Source: an uncultured Anaerolineae bacterium (lineage in GTDB: Bacteria; Chloroflexota; Anaerolineae; Fen-1058). From it: a stretch of DNA of 64,000 bases. Below are positions 19,918 through 29,055 of the stretch, piece by piece. The stretch lies in assembly GCA_964398185.1 (NCBI GenBank), contig CAYNML010000024.1, positions 6,790 through 70,789 of the forward strand, given 5' to 3'. The notes under the pieces are model-generated. The model searched no databases. It was not told the origin of the DNA and saw only the letters and a program-made list of their open reading frames with translations. Every line of letters begins with the position of its first letter. Position 1 is the stretch's first letter. The position numbers were made by a program, and so were the translations under genes.

Positions 19918-20002
19918 GTTCAGGCATGGGGATGCTTGAACTACATTGACCATGTTGTGACGCATAGGGATGCGTCACCTGCATTGCTGAGGAGGTATCG
20001 AG

Positions 20003-20767
20003 ATGATTCTCGATCAATTTCGCCTGGATGGACGGGTGGCGTTGGTGACGGGTGCGGGTCAGGGCCTGGGGCAGGCCATGGCGATCGGGTTGGCCGAGGC
20101 CGGCGCAGACATCGTGGCGCTGGATCGCCGCGAGAGTGATCAAACCGGGCAGGCGGTCACAGCGCTCGGCCGCCGCTTCACAGCGATCACGTGCGATCTG
20201 TTGACGGCCTCGGTCACCGATTTGCAGCAGGTGGTGGCGCAGATCATGAGCGACCTGGGCCACATCGACGTGCTGGTGAACAATGCCGGCATCATCCGCC
20301 GCGCCCCCGCCCTTGACTTCAGCGAGGCTGATTGGGACGAAGTCTTGCAGATCAACCTGAAGGTGGTGTTCTTTCTGTCGCAGGCCGTCGCCCGTACACT
20401 GATCGGCAACGGCGGCGGCAAGATCATCAACGTCGCCTCCATGCTGTCGTATCAGGGCGGCATCATCGTGCCGTCGTACACCGCGTCCAAGAGCGCCGTG
20501 GCCGGCGTGACCCGCGCGCTGGCCAACGAGTGGGCGCGGCACGGCATCAACGTCAATGCGATCGCGCCCGGCTATATGGCGACGGACAACACGGCGGCGC
20601 TGCGCGCCGATCCCGATCGGTCTTCGACCATTCTCGATCGGATTCCGGCAGGCCGCTGGGGCACGCCGGAAGATCTCAAGGGAGCCGTCGTGTTTCTGGC
20701 CTCGCCCGCCGCGAATTATCTGCACGGCGCCATCCTGCCCGTCGACGGCGGCTGGTTGGCTCGGTAA
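20003..20767 (+). CDS. kduD: 2-dehydro-3-deoxy-D-gluconate 5-dehydrogenase
   Basis: SDR motifs TGAGQGLG, NNAGIIRR, ASMLSYQGGIIVPSYTASKSAVAG, NAIAPGYMATDNT, RIPAGRWG. Confidence 0.93.
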   Translation: MILDQFRLDGRVALVTGAGQGLGQAMAIGLAEAGADIVALDRRESDQTGQAVTALGRRFTAITCDLLTASVTDLQQVVAQIMSDLGHIDVLVNNAGIIRRAPALDFSEADWDEVLQINLKVVFFLSQAVARTLIGNGGGKIINVASMLSYQGGIIVPSYTASKSAVAGVTRALANEWARHGINVNAIAPGYMATDNTAALRADPDRSSTILDRIPAGRWGTPEDLKGAVVFLASPAANYLHGAILPVDGGWLAR

Positions 20768-20860
20768 GCAGCGGGGAATCACTCACGCGCGCAGCTCAGA
20801 TTGTCAAACGGCCCGGCACTGTCGCTGCGGCGCGCGTGACCCACACGAAAGGAATCTGGT

Positions 20861-23800
20861 ATGAACCGCTCGGCTTTGCGCATCGGCTCGGTGTTGGTGT
20901 TGGCTGTCTCCATGTTGGCCGTGTTGCTCGTGTTCCTGCCGGCGTTGGCCGTGCAGCTCCCGTTGGTCAGTGACGACTTTGAGAGCGGCGCGGGACTGTG
21001 GACCGTGCAGGCCGGCAACTGGTCGATCACAACTACCCCAGAGGGCGCGGCGTACAGCGTCATCTACAGCGGATCGCCCAGCACAGCGCGCGCCATTATC
21101 ACGGAGACGACGGTGCCGGGATCGACGGCGTGGACGGATTATCGGATTGAATCGCGCATCAAAGTCATCACCGGCACCGGCGGCTATTACGCCATGCTCA
21201 TGGCGCGCTACAAGGACGCCCGGAACTACTATTTCATGACCCTGCGCGGCGATAATGGCCGCGTGGAGATCAGGCGTTACTACAACAACTCCTCCAGCGG
21301 ACGCACCCTCACGTCGACCAATGCCAACATCGCAGTGGGAACCTGGTACACCGCGGCCTTTGAGTTGCAGGGCAACACGCTGCGCGCCTACATCGATGGA
21401 AATCTGGTGGCGACGGCCATCGATACCAACACCGTTGAATCTTTCTATACCGGCACGGCGGGACTCGCCACCGCAACCGGCTCGGCGCTGTTCGACGATG
21501 TGCTGATCACCGATCTGCGCGCCTACACCCTCACCGTGAGCAGCGCCGGCAGCGGCGCCGGATCGATCAGCAGCGATCCGGCGGGCATTAGCTGCGGCGC
21601 TACCTGCGCGGCAAGCTTCGATGCCAACAACGTGATCACGCTCACGGCGACACCCGACGCCGGATCGAGCTTTGCCGGTTGGCTGGGCGCATGTGTGGGC
21701 ACAGGTCCGTGTGTCGTCACGCTGGATGCAGCGAAGGCAGTGGTCGGCGTCTTCTCGCTGGACACGCAGCCGATGCTGGTGGTCAACAAGGGCAGCAACG
21801 GGTATGGCCTGGTCACGAGCGACCCGGCGGGCATCGAGTGCGGCATGACGTGCACGGCCAGCTTTGCGCACAGCACGGTAGTTACGCTGACCGCTGCGCC
21901 CGAAAGCGGATCGCTCTTCACCGGGTGGAGCGGTGAAGGCTGCACCGGCACTAGTCAATGCGTTGTTACCATGGATGCCGCGAAGAATGTGACGGCGAGT
22001 TTCACACTGCAAATCTTTGCGTTGAATGTCAGCCAGGCGGGCAACGGCACAGGCACCGTGACCAGCAATCCGGCCGGCATCAACTGCGGCGCGACATGTT
22101 CGGCCAACTACAACGCCGGTACAGTGGTGACGCTCACGGCGTCACCCGACACAGGTTCGACGTTCACGGGGTGGTCGGGGAGTTGCAGTGGATCGGGCAC
22201 GTGCGCTGTCACGATCAATGCGACGACGGGCGTCACCGCGACCTTCGATCTGATCACCTACACCTTGACAGCCCATCGGGCGGGCAACGGCCTAGGATCA
22301 ATCAACAGTACCCCGAGCGGCATCGATAACTGCACAGATGCTACATGCGCGGCGATCTTCAACTACGGCACAGTCGTCACGTTGGCGGCGACGGCGAATA
22401 CCGGCTCGCTCTTCGCCGGCTGGAGCGGCGAAGGGTGCAGCGGCACAGACCCGTGCGCGGTGACCATGACCGCGGCCAGGACGGTGACGGCGACGATGAG
22501 CCTGCTGACCTACACGTTGAGCGTCACCACCGCCGGCCATGGCACAGGCTCGGTCACCAGCGTTCCTGCCGGTATCGACTGCGGCGCGACATGCTCGGCT
22601 ATCATCGATCACGGCACGGTCGTCACGTTGACAGCTGCGGCTGATGGCGGCTCGGCGTTTGCGGGCTGGCAGGGCGCAAATTGCCTGGGGACAGGCGCTT
22701 GTGTCGTAACGCTGGATGCGGCTAAGTCTGTGACCGCGCTCTTCTCGTCGAATAGCAATCCGCTGCTAGTGGTTTATAAAGGCGGCACTGGATTGGGCAC
22801 TATCACCAGCGAACCGGTTGGCATCGATTGCGGCATGACGTGCACGGCCAGCTTCGCGCAGAATACCGTCGTGACGTTGACGGCCACGCCGGATGCCAGT
22901 TCACTCTTCGCGGGCTGGTGTGGCGCGTGCTTAGGCGCCGGGCCGTGCGTCCTCACCATGGACGAGACCCGGAACACGCGCGCGGTCTTTATCGACACGT
23001 CGGCCATTCTGGCCCTGGACGATTTCGAAAGCGGTGCAGGGCAGTGGACGGTTGAATCGGGTGCGTGGACGATCAGCATGGCTGATTCGCAAGTCTACAG
23101 CACCAGCCAGACGGTGGGCGTTAGTTTTGCGCGTTCGGTGATTTCGAATGCGCACACCTCCGGCTGGACCGACTATGTTTTCCGCGCCAGAGTGAAACCG
23201 CTCGTGGGCCAGTATGCCATGTTAATGGTGCGCTATCAGAATGCCAACAACCACTACTTCATGGACTTGCGCACCGACAACGGCAAGATCGAAATCAAGA
23301 AAATGGTGAACGGTTCATCGGGCAGCGCGCTCAAGAGCGTCAGTGCCGGCATCACCGCCGGGACGTGGTACACCGCCGAACTCGAAGTGGTGGGCGCGCA
23401 GCTGCGCGGTTATCTCAACGGCGTGCTGGTGATCACAGCCACCGATCCGCTGGTGAATCCGCCCTTTATGACGGGCGGCGTCGGCGTGGGCACGCTCAAC
23501 AACAGCGCCGAGTTTGACGATGTGCAAGTCGCCTCACTGGCTCCGATCTACACGCTGACCGTCCAGCGCGCCGGCAGCGGTTCCGGCGCAGTGAGCAGCA
23601 CACCGTTCGGGTTGGATTGCGATCTCAACTGCGTCGCGGGCTTCAACGGCGGCGCGGTGGTGGCGCTCGTCGCTGCGCCTGATCCCGGATCGACATTTGC
23701 CGGCTGGCTGGGCGGCGGGTGCAGCGGCACAGGATCGTGCACCATCACGCTGAATGCCAACAAGTCGGTCACCGCCGTGTTTTCGTCGGTCAGTGAGCCG

Positions 23801-25519
23801 ATGCTGGTGGTCAACAAGGATGGCAATGGCGCCGGCGTCGTGACGAGTGTGCCCGCCGGTATCGATTGCGGTGCGATGTGTGCTGCCGGTTTTACGCAAA
23901 ACACGATCGTCACCCTCACCGCAACGGCCACCAACTACTCCACGTTCATGGGCTGGAGCGGTGAAGGTTGCAGCGGCACAGGATCGTGCACAGTGACCAT
24001 GGATGCGGCTAAGTCTGTCACCGCCACCTTTACGTACTTCACCTACCCGCTCACGGTGTCCACTGCCGGCAGTGGACAGGGCACGGTGACCAGCAATCCG
24101 GCAGGGATCCACTGCGGTGTAACGTGCACGGTGAGCTTCGGCGGCGTGGTCACGCTTACCGCTGCGCCTGATCCGGCGACACACTTCGACGGTTGGAGCG
24201 GCGCCTGCAGCGGCGCGGGCCGGTGTGTCATCACAATGGAGGCCGCCAGGAGCGTGACGGCGACCTTCACGCAGTACAACACGTATCTGCCGCTCATTCG
24301 CAACTACATCGCGCCGGTCACGGTCGCGCCGGTGTACGTCGCGCCGAATGGCCTGGATACCAATCCTGGCACCATCACGCAGCCGTTCAAGACATTGAAC
24401 AAAGCGATCGCGCAGACGACGCCCGGCCAAACGATCTTCCTGCGCGGCGGCGTTTACTCGCACACCGACACGATCACGTTGAGTCAGAGCGCCAACAATG
24501 TAAACATGTACAAGATCTGGGCTTATGCCGCTGAAAAGCCGGCGCTGGATTTCGCGGGCGCACCGTTTGGGGCGCGTGGCTTCAACATCACGGGCAACTT
24601 CTGGCATCTGAAAGGTCTGGAGATCCGGTACGCGCCGGACAACGCCATCAAGATCGAGGGCAGCTACAACATCGTCGAAAACTGTGTGCTGCACCACAAT
24701 CAGGACACGGGCCTGCAAATCGGCCTGGCGACAGAATCGGTCAATCCCGGCGGAACGCTGGCCGCTTACAATCAGGTGATCAACTGCGACTCGTATCGCA
24801 ACTATGACGCGGCCACCAACGGTTCCAATGCCGATGGCTTTGCGGCCAAACTGCACCCCGGCCCCGGCAATCTCTTCAAGAGCAGCCGGGCCTGGGAGAA
24901 CGCCGACGACGGTTGGGACTTGTTTCTGACAGACTACCCGGTGATGATCGAAAATTCGTGGACGTGGCACAACGGCGATCCGGCGATCTTCAATCACGTC
25001 GGCCCGTGGGGCGGCAACGGCAACGGCTTCAAGGTGGGCGGCGGCAACAATCACGCGCCGCACATCTTGAAGAACTGTCTCGCCTTCGATCACAAATACG
25101 GTCCCGGTTCAGGCACCAAGGGCTTCGATCAGAATCACAATCTGAGCGGCATTACGATCTACAATTCGGTGGCGTGGGACAATGCGATCAATTATTCGTT
25201 CTACGAGCAGCCCACCGACGGCACGCATCATGTGTTGAAGAACAACGTCGGCTTCGCGTGGACCAGCAGCAACGTCAATCTGTCGGCGGATACCATTCAG
25301 GCGGCCAACAGCTGGACTCTCACGGTCACGACCAACATCAGCGATTTTCTTAGTCTGGATGCGCTGCTGGCCAGCGCACCGCGCCAGCCCGATGGCGCTC
25401 TGCCGCTCAACGACTTTGCGCGGTTGACGAATGACAGCGATCTGATCGACGTGGGGGTGGATGTGGGCCTCCCCTTCCTGGGACTGGCGCCGGACTTGGG
25501 CGCGTTTGAAAAGCGATAA
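20861..25519 (+). CDS. Secreted modular PL9 pectate lyase: signal peptide, 2 ConA-like (DUF1080/CBM66-like) domains, 9 Cys-containing InlB-B-like repeats, C-terminal PL9 beta-helix
   Basis: PL9 (PelL-type) motifs NADGFAAK, GNLF...AWENADDGWDLF, GNGNGFKVGG and terminal APDLGAFE; repeated GTVTSxPAGIxCGxTC...FxGWxGxC modules. Confidence 0.88.
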   Translation: MNRSALRIGSVLVLAVSMLAVLLVFLPALAVQLPLVSDDFESGAGLWTVQAGNWSITTTPEGAAYSVIYSGSPSTARAIITETTVPGSTAWTDYRIESRIKVITGTGGYYAMLMARYKDARNYYFMTLRGDNGRVEIRRYYNNSSSGRTLTSTNANIAVGTWYTAAFELQGNTLRAYIDGNLVATAIDTNTVESFYTGTAGLATATGSALFDDVLITDLRAYTLTVSSAGSGAGSISSDPAGISCGATCAASFDANNVITLTATPDAGSSFAGWLGACVGTGPCVVTLDAAKAVVGVFSLDTQPMLVVNKGSNGYGLVTSDPAGIECGMTCTASFAHSTVVTLTAAPESGSLFTGWSGEGCTGTSQCVVTMDAAKNVTASFTLQIFALNVSQAGNGTGTVTSNPAGINCGATCSANYNAGTVVTLTASPDTGSTFTGWSGSCSGSGTCAVTINATTGVTATFDLITYTLTAHRAGNGLGSINSTPSGIDNCTDATCAAIFNYGTVVTLAATANTGSLFAGWSGEGCSGTDPCAVTMTAARTVTATMSLLTYTLSVTTAGHGTGSVTSVPAGIDCGATCSAIIDHGTVVTLTAAADGGSAFAGWQGANCLGTGACVVTLDAAKSVTALFSSNSNPLLVVYKGGTGLGTITSEPVGIDCGMTCTASFAQNTVVTLTATPDASSLFAGWCGACLGAGPCVLTMDETRNTRAVFIDTSAILALDDFESGAGQWTVESGAWTISMADSQVYSTSQTVGVSFARSVISNAHTSGWTDYVFRARVKPLVGQYAMLMVRYQNANNHYFMDLRTDNGKIEIKKMVNGSSGSALKSVSAGITAGTWYTAELEVVGAQLRGYLNGVLVITATDPLVNPPFMTGGVGVGTLNNSAEFDDVQVASLAPIYTLTVQRAGSGSGAVSSTPFGLDCDLNCVAGFNGGAVVALVAAPDPGSTFAGWLGGGCSGTGSCTITLNANKSVTAVFSSVSEPMLVVNKDGNGAGVVTSVPAGIDCGAMCAAGFTQNTIVTLTATATNYSTFMGWSGEGCSGTGSCTVTMDAAKSVTATFTYFTYPLTVSTAGSGQGTVTSNPAGIHCGVTCTVSFGGVVTLTAAPDPATHFDGWSGACSGAGRCVITMEAARSVTATFTQYNTYLPLIRNYIAPVTVAPVYVAPNGLDTNPGTITQPFKTLNKAIAQTTPGQTIFLRGGVYSHTDTITLSQSANNVNMYKIWAYAAEKPALDFAGAPFGARGFNITGNFWHLKGLEIRYAPDNAIKIEGSYNIVENCVLHHNQDTGLQIGLATESVNPGGTLAAYNQVINCDSYRNYDAATNGSNADGFAAKLHPGPGNLFKSSRAWENADDGWDLFLTDYPVMIENSWTWHNGDPAIFNHVGPWGGNGNGFKVGGGNNHAPHILKNCLAFDHKYGPGSGTKGFDQNHNLSGITIYNSVAWDNAINYSFYEQPTDGTHHVLKNNVGFAWTSSNVNLSADTIQAANSWTLTVTTNISDFLSLDALLASAPRQPDGALPLNDFARLTNDSDLIDVGVDVGLPFLGLAPDLGAFEKR

Positions 25520-25582
25520 GGGTAATTCCCCCGATCGGATCCGGTGAAAGCCGCCAGTCCGATCGGCTGCCGGTGAGCGCTT

Positions 25583-26815
25583 ATGGCTAAGATCAAATTC
25601 ACCATCTACGGCGATCAGCCTTCGCCCCTGGAAAATCTGGATTTCCTGCTGCAGGAGTTTCAGAAACAGGAGCGTGTCCAGGTTTCCGTGGAGCGGCTGG
25701 CATGGGAAGCCGCCTGGCCCAAGCTGCTGAATTATGCGCTGTATGGCGGCGGCCCGCATGTGTCGCAAATCGGCTCCATTTGGACGAGCACGTTGGTGTC
25801 GATGAACGCCCTGCGGCCGTTCACACCACAAGAGATCTCGCTGGCGGGCGGCAAGGAAGCATTCCTGGAACCGGCCTGGCAGACGGCGGTGCTGCCCAGC
25901 CAGTCTGTAGCGTGGGGCATCCCGTTTACGGGATTCACCTATGTCGTGCTTTACCGGCGCGATCTGCTGCAACAGGCGGGGGTCGCCGAGGAGACCGCGT
26001 TCGTTTCGAGCGAAGCCGTGTTGGAGACGCTGCGGCGCTTGCAGGCGGCCGGTGTTGCTGCGCCCGTGGTGCTGCCCGCTGGTCAGCCGTTTCGCGCGCG
26101 GGTGCACATTGCGGCCAGTTGGCTCTGGGGAACAGGCGGCCACTTTGTCACCGACGATGAACGGCAGGCGCAGTTTGATCAGCCCGCGGCGCGCGCCGGG
26201 TTGAGATCCTTTTTCCAGCTGTACTCCTATCTGGCGCCGCACGATCACAATCTGACCTATAATGAATGCCTGCAGCGTTTTGTGACAGGCCAGGCAGCGG
26301 TCGTCATCGCCAGCACAACGATACTCCCCATGCTGCGACAGGCCGGTGTGCCGCAAGTGCTGGAGAGTCTCGGCTCAGCCATTTTGCCCGGCGTGCCGTG
26401 GATCGGCGGATCGAACCTGGTGGTGTGGCGCGAGGCACAAATGTATCCCGATCTCGATCGGGCGGCGTTGGCGCTGGTCAAGTTCTTGACGAGTCACGCC
26501 GCGCAGTGAAAATATGCGGTGGCGGCCAACGCCATCCCGGCGCGGCAGTCGGCGCTGGCCGAGTTGTGCTTTGAACCGGCGGCCTTGAATGAGACCTTCA
26601 AACATTCCCTGCAGATGGGCCGTAGTTACCGCCCGGTGTTGATCTGGGTGCGCATGATCAACGATTTGAGCGATACCTTCGACGCCATAACGGCCGAGGT
26701 GTTGGCGCAGCAGGACATCGACGAAGTGTTGAGCAAACACCTGACACCGCTGGCGCAGCGGTATAATCGGATGTTGTCTCTCGACCAACTGGCGCAGCTT
26801 GATCGACGCGGCTGA
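25583..26815 (+). pseudogene. Signal-peptide-less solute-binding protein (family 1-like) interrupted by an in-frame TGA at 26507-26509
   Basis: ORFs 25583-26509 and 26519-26815 are in the same frame, joined by CAG TGA AAA TAT GCG GTG. The read-through gives FLTSHAAQ*KYAVAANAIPAR, a standard SBP C-terminal pattern. Confidence 0.75.
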
Positions 26816-26849
26816 CGTGCTCGCCTGACTGCTAGAAAGGAACCGACTC

Positions 26850-28319
26850 TTGAATCTGACAACCCTCTCACGCCTGAAGTTCTCACCGCGTTCGCTGGTC
26901 AGCCACGAGGTAGCCGAGTTCGGCCTGGCCGAGACAGAGAACGGCCCGCGTCTGGCAATTTTGACGGCCACTGCCGACGCTCCGCTCTTGCAGCCATTCG
27001 AGGGGAAACGCTCTGAGCACGACGGGCATACGCTGATTCTAGGCCTGCTCAGTCCGCGCAATGCCGCGGCGCTGCGCGAGCAACTTCCCTGGCTCAAGCC
27101 GCGCCCGCTGGGCCTGAAAACATCGGCCGGGCTGGGCGATCGCATGGGGTTGGCGACACCCGGTCATGTGCGCGCCATTCGCGCCGCGGGTAACATCGCG
27201 CCCATTTTCGCGCAGCAGTCCATCCGCGAGATGACGCGCACCGGCCGCACCCCGCAGCAAGTCATGGACGACGCCACGTGGGGCATCTTTCAAGAAGGCT
27301 GGCAGCGCGGCATGGGCGCCGATGCCGATCACTTGAAAACCACCGCCGATATCGATCGCTGTGCCGCGGCGGGTTTCACCTTCTTCACGATCGATCCCGG
27401 CGAGCATGTCGATAACTCAGCGGAGACGGCGTCACTGTCGGATCTGCGGGCGCTGGCGGAACAGCTGCCGCCCGATCGGCACGCGGCGGCCACCGGGCTG
27501 TTAAATCAAACCTTCGATCTGGAAGGCCACGCCGTCCACTTTGACGAGCACACCCTGCTCAAAGCCATGGTGAAGTATGGCCGCGCAGTGGGACACGTCG
27601 CGCGCCTGTATCAGCATTTGATCTCCGTGATCGATCCAGCGCAGTGCGAGTTGGAGGTGTCGGTAGATGAAACCGAACAGCCCACGTCACATGCCGAACA
27701 CATTTACATCGCCAGCGAACTCAAACGGCTGGGCGTAAAGTGGGTCAGCCTGGCCCCACGTTACATCGGGCGCTTTGAAAAGGGCGTCGACTATATTGGG
27801 GATGTGGCCGCCTTTGAGCAAGATGTTGCCGTGCATGCGGCCATCGCGCGCCGGTTCGGCCCCTACAAATTAAGCCTGCATTCCGGCTCCGACAAGTTCA
27901 GCATCTACCCGGCGGCCATGCGGCAGACGCGCGGGCTGGTACACCTGAAGACGGCGGGCACCAGTTATCTGGAAGCGCTGCGCACCATTGCGGCACTCGA
28001 CATACCGTTCTTCCGCAAGATTTACGCCTTTGCGCGCGAGCGCTACGAAACGGACAAAGCCAGCTATCACGTTTCGGCGGAACTATCACGCACGCGTGCC
28101 CCGGAAGATCTCTCGGACGCTGAACTGCCGCACCTGCTGGAACAGTTCGATGCGCGCGAAGTGCTGCACGTCACGTTTGGATCGGTATTGACCGAGCGCA
28201 ACGCCGACGGCTCGCGCCGCTTCTACGATCGGTTGGTGGACCTCTTGCGCGCGAATCCTGAGGACTATGCGGCCAATCTGGAGAGACACTTCATCCGACA
28301 CTTGCAGCCGTTTGCCTAA
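26850..28319 (+). CDS. uxaE: Tagaturonate/fructuronate epimerase
   Basis: GLGDRMGLATPGH, AQQSIREM.RT, GADADHLK, FEKGVDY.GD, KLSLHSGSDKFSIY, HLKTAGTSYLEALR. Confidence 0.9.
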   Translation: MNLTTLSRLKFSPRSLVSHEVAEFGLAETENGPRLAILTATADAPLLQPFEGKRSEHDGHTLILGLLSPRNAAALREQLPWLKPRPLGLKTSAGLGDRMGLATPGHVRAIRAAGNIAPIFAQQSIREMTRTGRTPQQVMDDATWGIFQEGWQRGMGADADHLKTTADIDRCAAAGFTFFTIDPGEHVDNSAETASLSDLRALAEQLPPDRHAAATGLLNQTFDLEGHAVHFDEHTLLKAMVKYGRAVGHVARLYQHLISVIDPAQCELEVSVDETEQPTSHAEHIYIASELKRLGVKWVSLAPRYIGRFEKGVDYIGDVAAFEQDVAVHAAIARRFGPYKLSLHSGSDKFSIYPAAMRQTRGLVHLKTAGTSYLEALRTIAALDIPFFRKIYAFARERYETDKASYHVSAELSRTRAPEDLSDAELPHLLEQFDAREVLHVTFGSVLTERNADGSRRFYDRLVDLLRANPEDYAANLERHFIRHLQPFA

Positions 28320-28433
28320 CTTCGCGGCAGCAGCGGCGGGTCAGCATGGCCCTTGCCGGGCAGACACCGGCGATATCGGCGTCAAGCGCTGCCCGCCACC
28401 GATTCCCCTGCTCTGGCCCAATGTCAGCAGCGA

Positions 28434-28573
28434 CCCGCTTGCAGTAAGCGGGGTGTGCATGCAAAAAGTGTCAGGAGGCTCACCGTCCGCGTCCCCGTCC
28501 GCTACGCTCACCAACCGCGTGGACGCGGTTGGTGAGCGCGAATCTAGCTGACACGCGCAGCGGTTGCATGCAC
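28434..28573. other. Nested inverted-repeat structure of unknown function
   Basis: Perfect 16-bp stem 28505-28538, enclosed by GTGTCAG/CTGACAC and GTGCATGCAA/TTGCATGCAC pairs; an extra hairpin at 28434-28452. Confidence 0.6.
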
Positions 28574-28635
28574 ATGCGAGGTCGGCCCAACAAACCAAAA
28601 GTGATCACACTGATCACAAATTAATCACCAATAAA

Positions 28636-28676
28636 AGGCGACGATGGGATTTGAACCCATACTGAGGGTTTTGCAG
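28636..28676 (-). other. 3' half of tRNA-Cys(GCA); probable att site (not an intact tRNA)
   Basis: Minus strand reads CTGCAAA ACCCT CAGT ATGGG TTCAAAT CCCAT CGTCGCC T: anticodon loop, perfect T-arm, acceptor 3' strand and U73. The upstream sequence cannot form the D-arm or acceptor 5' strand. Confidence 0.8.
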
Positions 28677-28895
28677 TTTCTCACCGCGCCAATCTCAGCC
28701 ACTGAACAACTGATCGATCTCAGATTACCTCGCCGCGAAGTGTTCCTGAAGAACAAGCCTGAATTCAGGCGGGCAGGCTTCTTCGCAAACCCGGCGATCG
28801 GTTCACCGAGATTCGCTTCAGTCTTCAACCAAACCACGACACGCTTCCAACCAAAAGCATACGACCAAAGCACTACTGAAAATCGGGCGTGGCTT

Positions 28896-28904
28896 TGTTA
28901 TAAT
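28896..28904 (+). promoter_or_regulatory. Extended -10 sigma70-type promoter for the giant RHS gene
   Basis: Consensus TGTTATAAT about 150 nt upstream of the GGAGG RBS and the GTG start at 29056. Confidence 0.6.
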
Positions 28905-29055
28905 CGTGGCGATCTTCATGGATTAACCCCGGATTAAAACGGAGCACGCACATCCAGCTGCATAGCTTAACCCACCCGGTTGGCGCAACACAAACGAACT
29001 GCAAGTTGGCCGGAGTATCTCTGGCCGTTCCCGATTTTGAACGGAGGATATCGCT

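Noticed and set aside
26507-26560. Selenocysteine recoding of the in-frame TGA
   Set aside because: The position is not a plausible redox/Cys site in a solute-binding fold, GC-rich DNA forms such stems by chance, and no sel genes are in view. Kept only as a remote alternative.
28636-28710. Complete tRNA-Cys gene
   Set aside because: The 5' side cannot form the acceptor stem, D-arm or anticodon 5' stem; only the 3' half is present.
28644-28937. 97-aa ORF starting MGFEPILRVLQ
   Set aside because: Translation of the antisense tRNA fragment, and it overlaps the toxin promoter; a typical spurious ORF.
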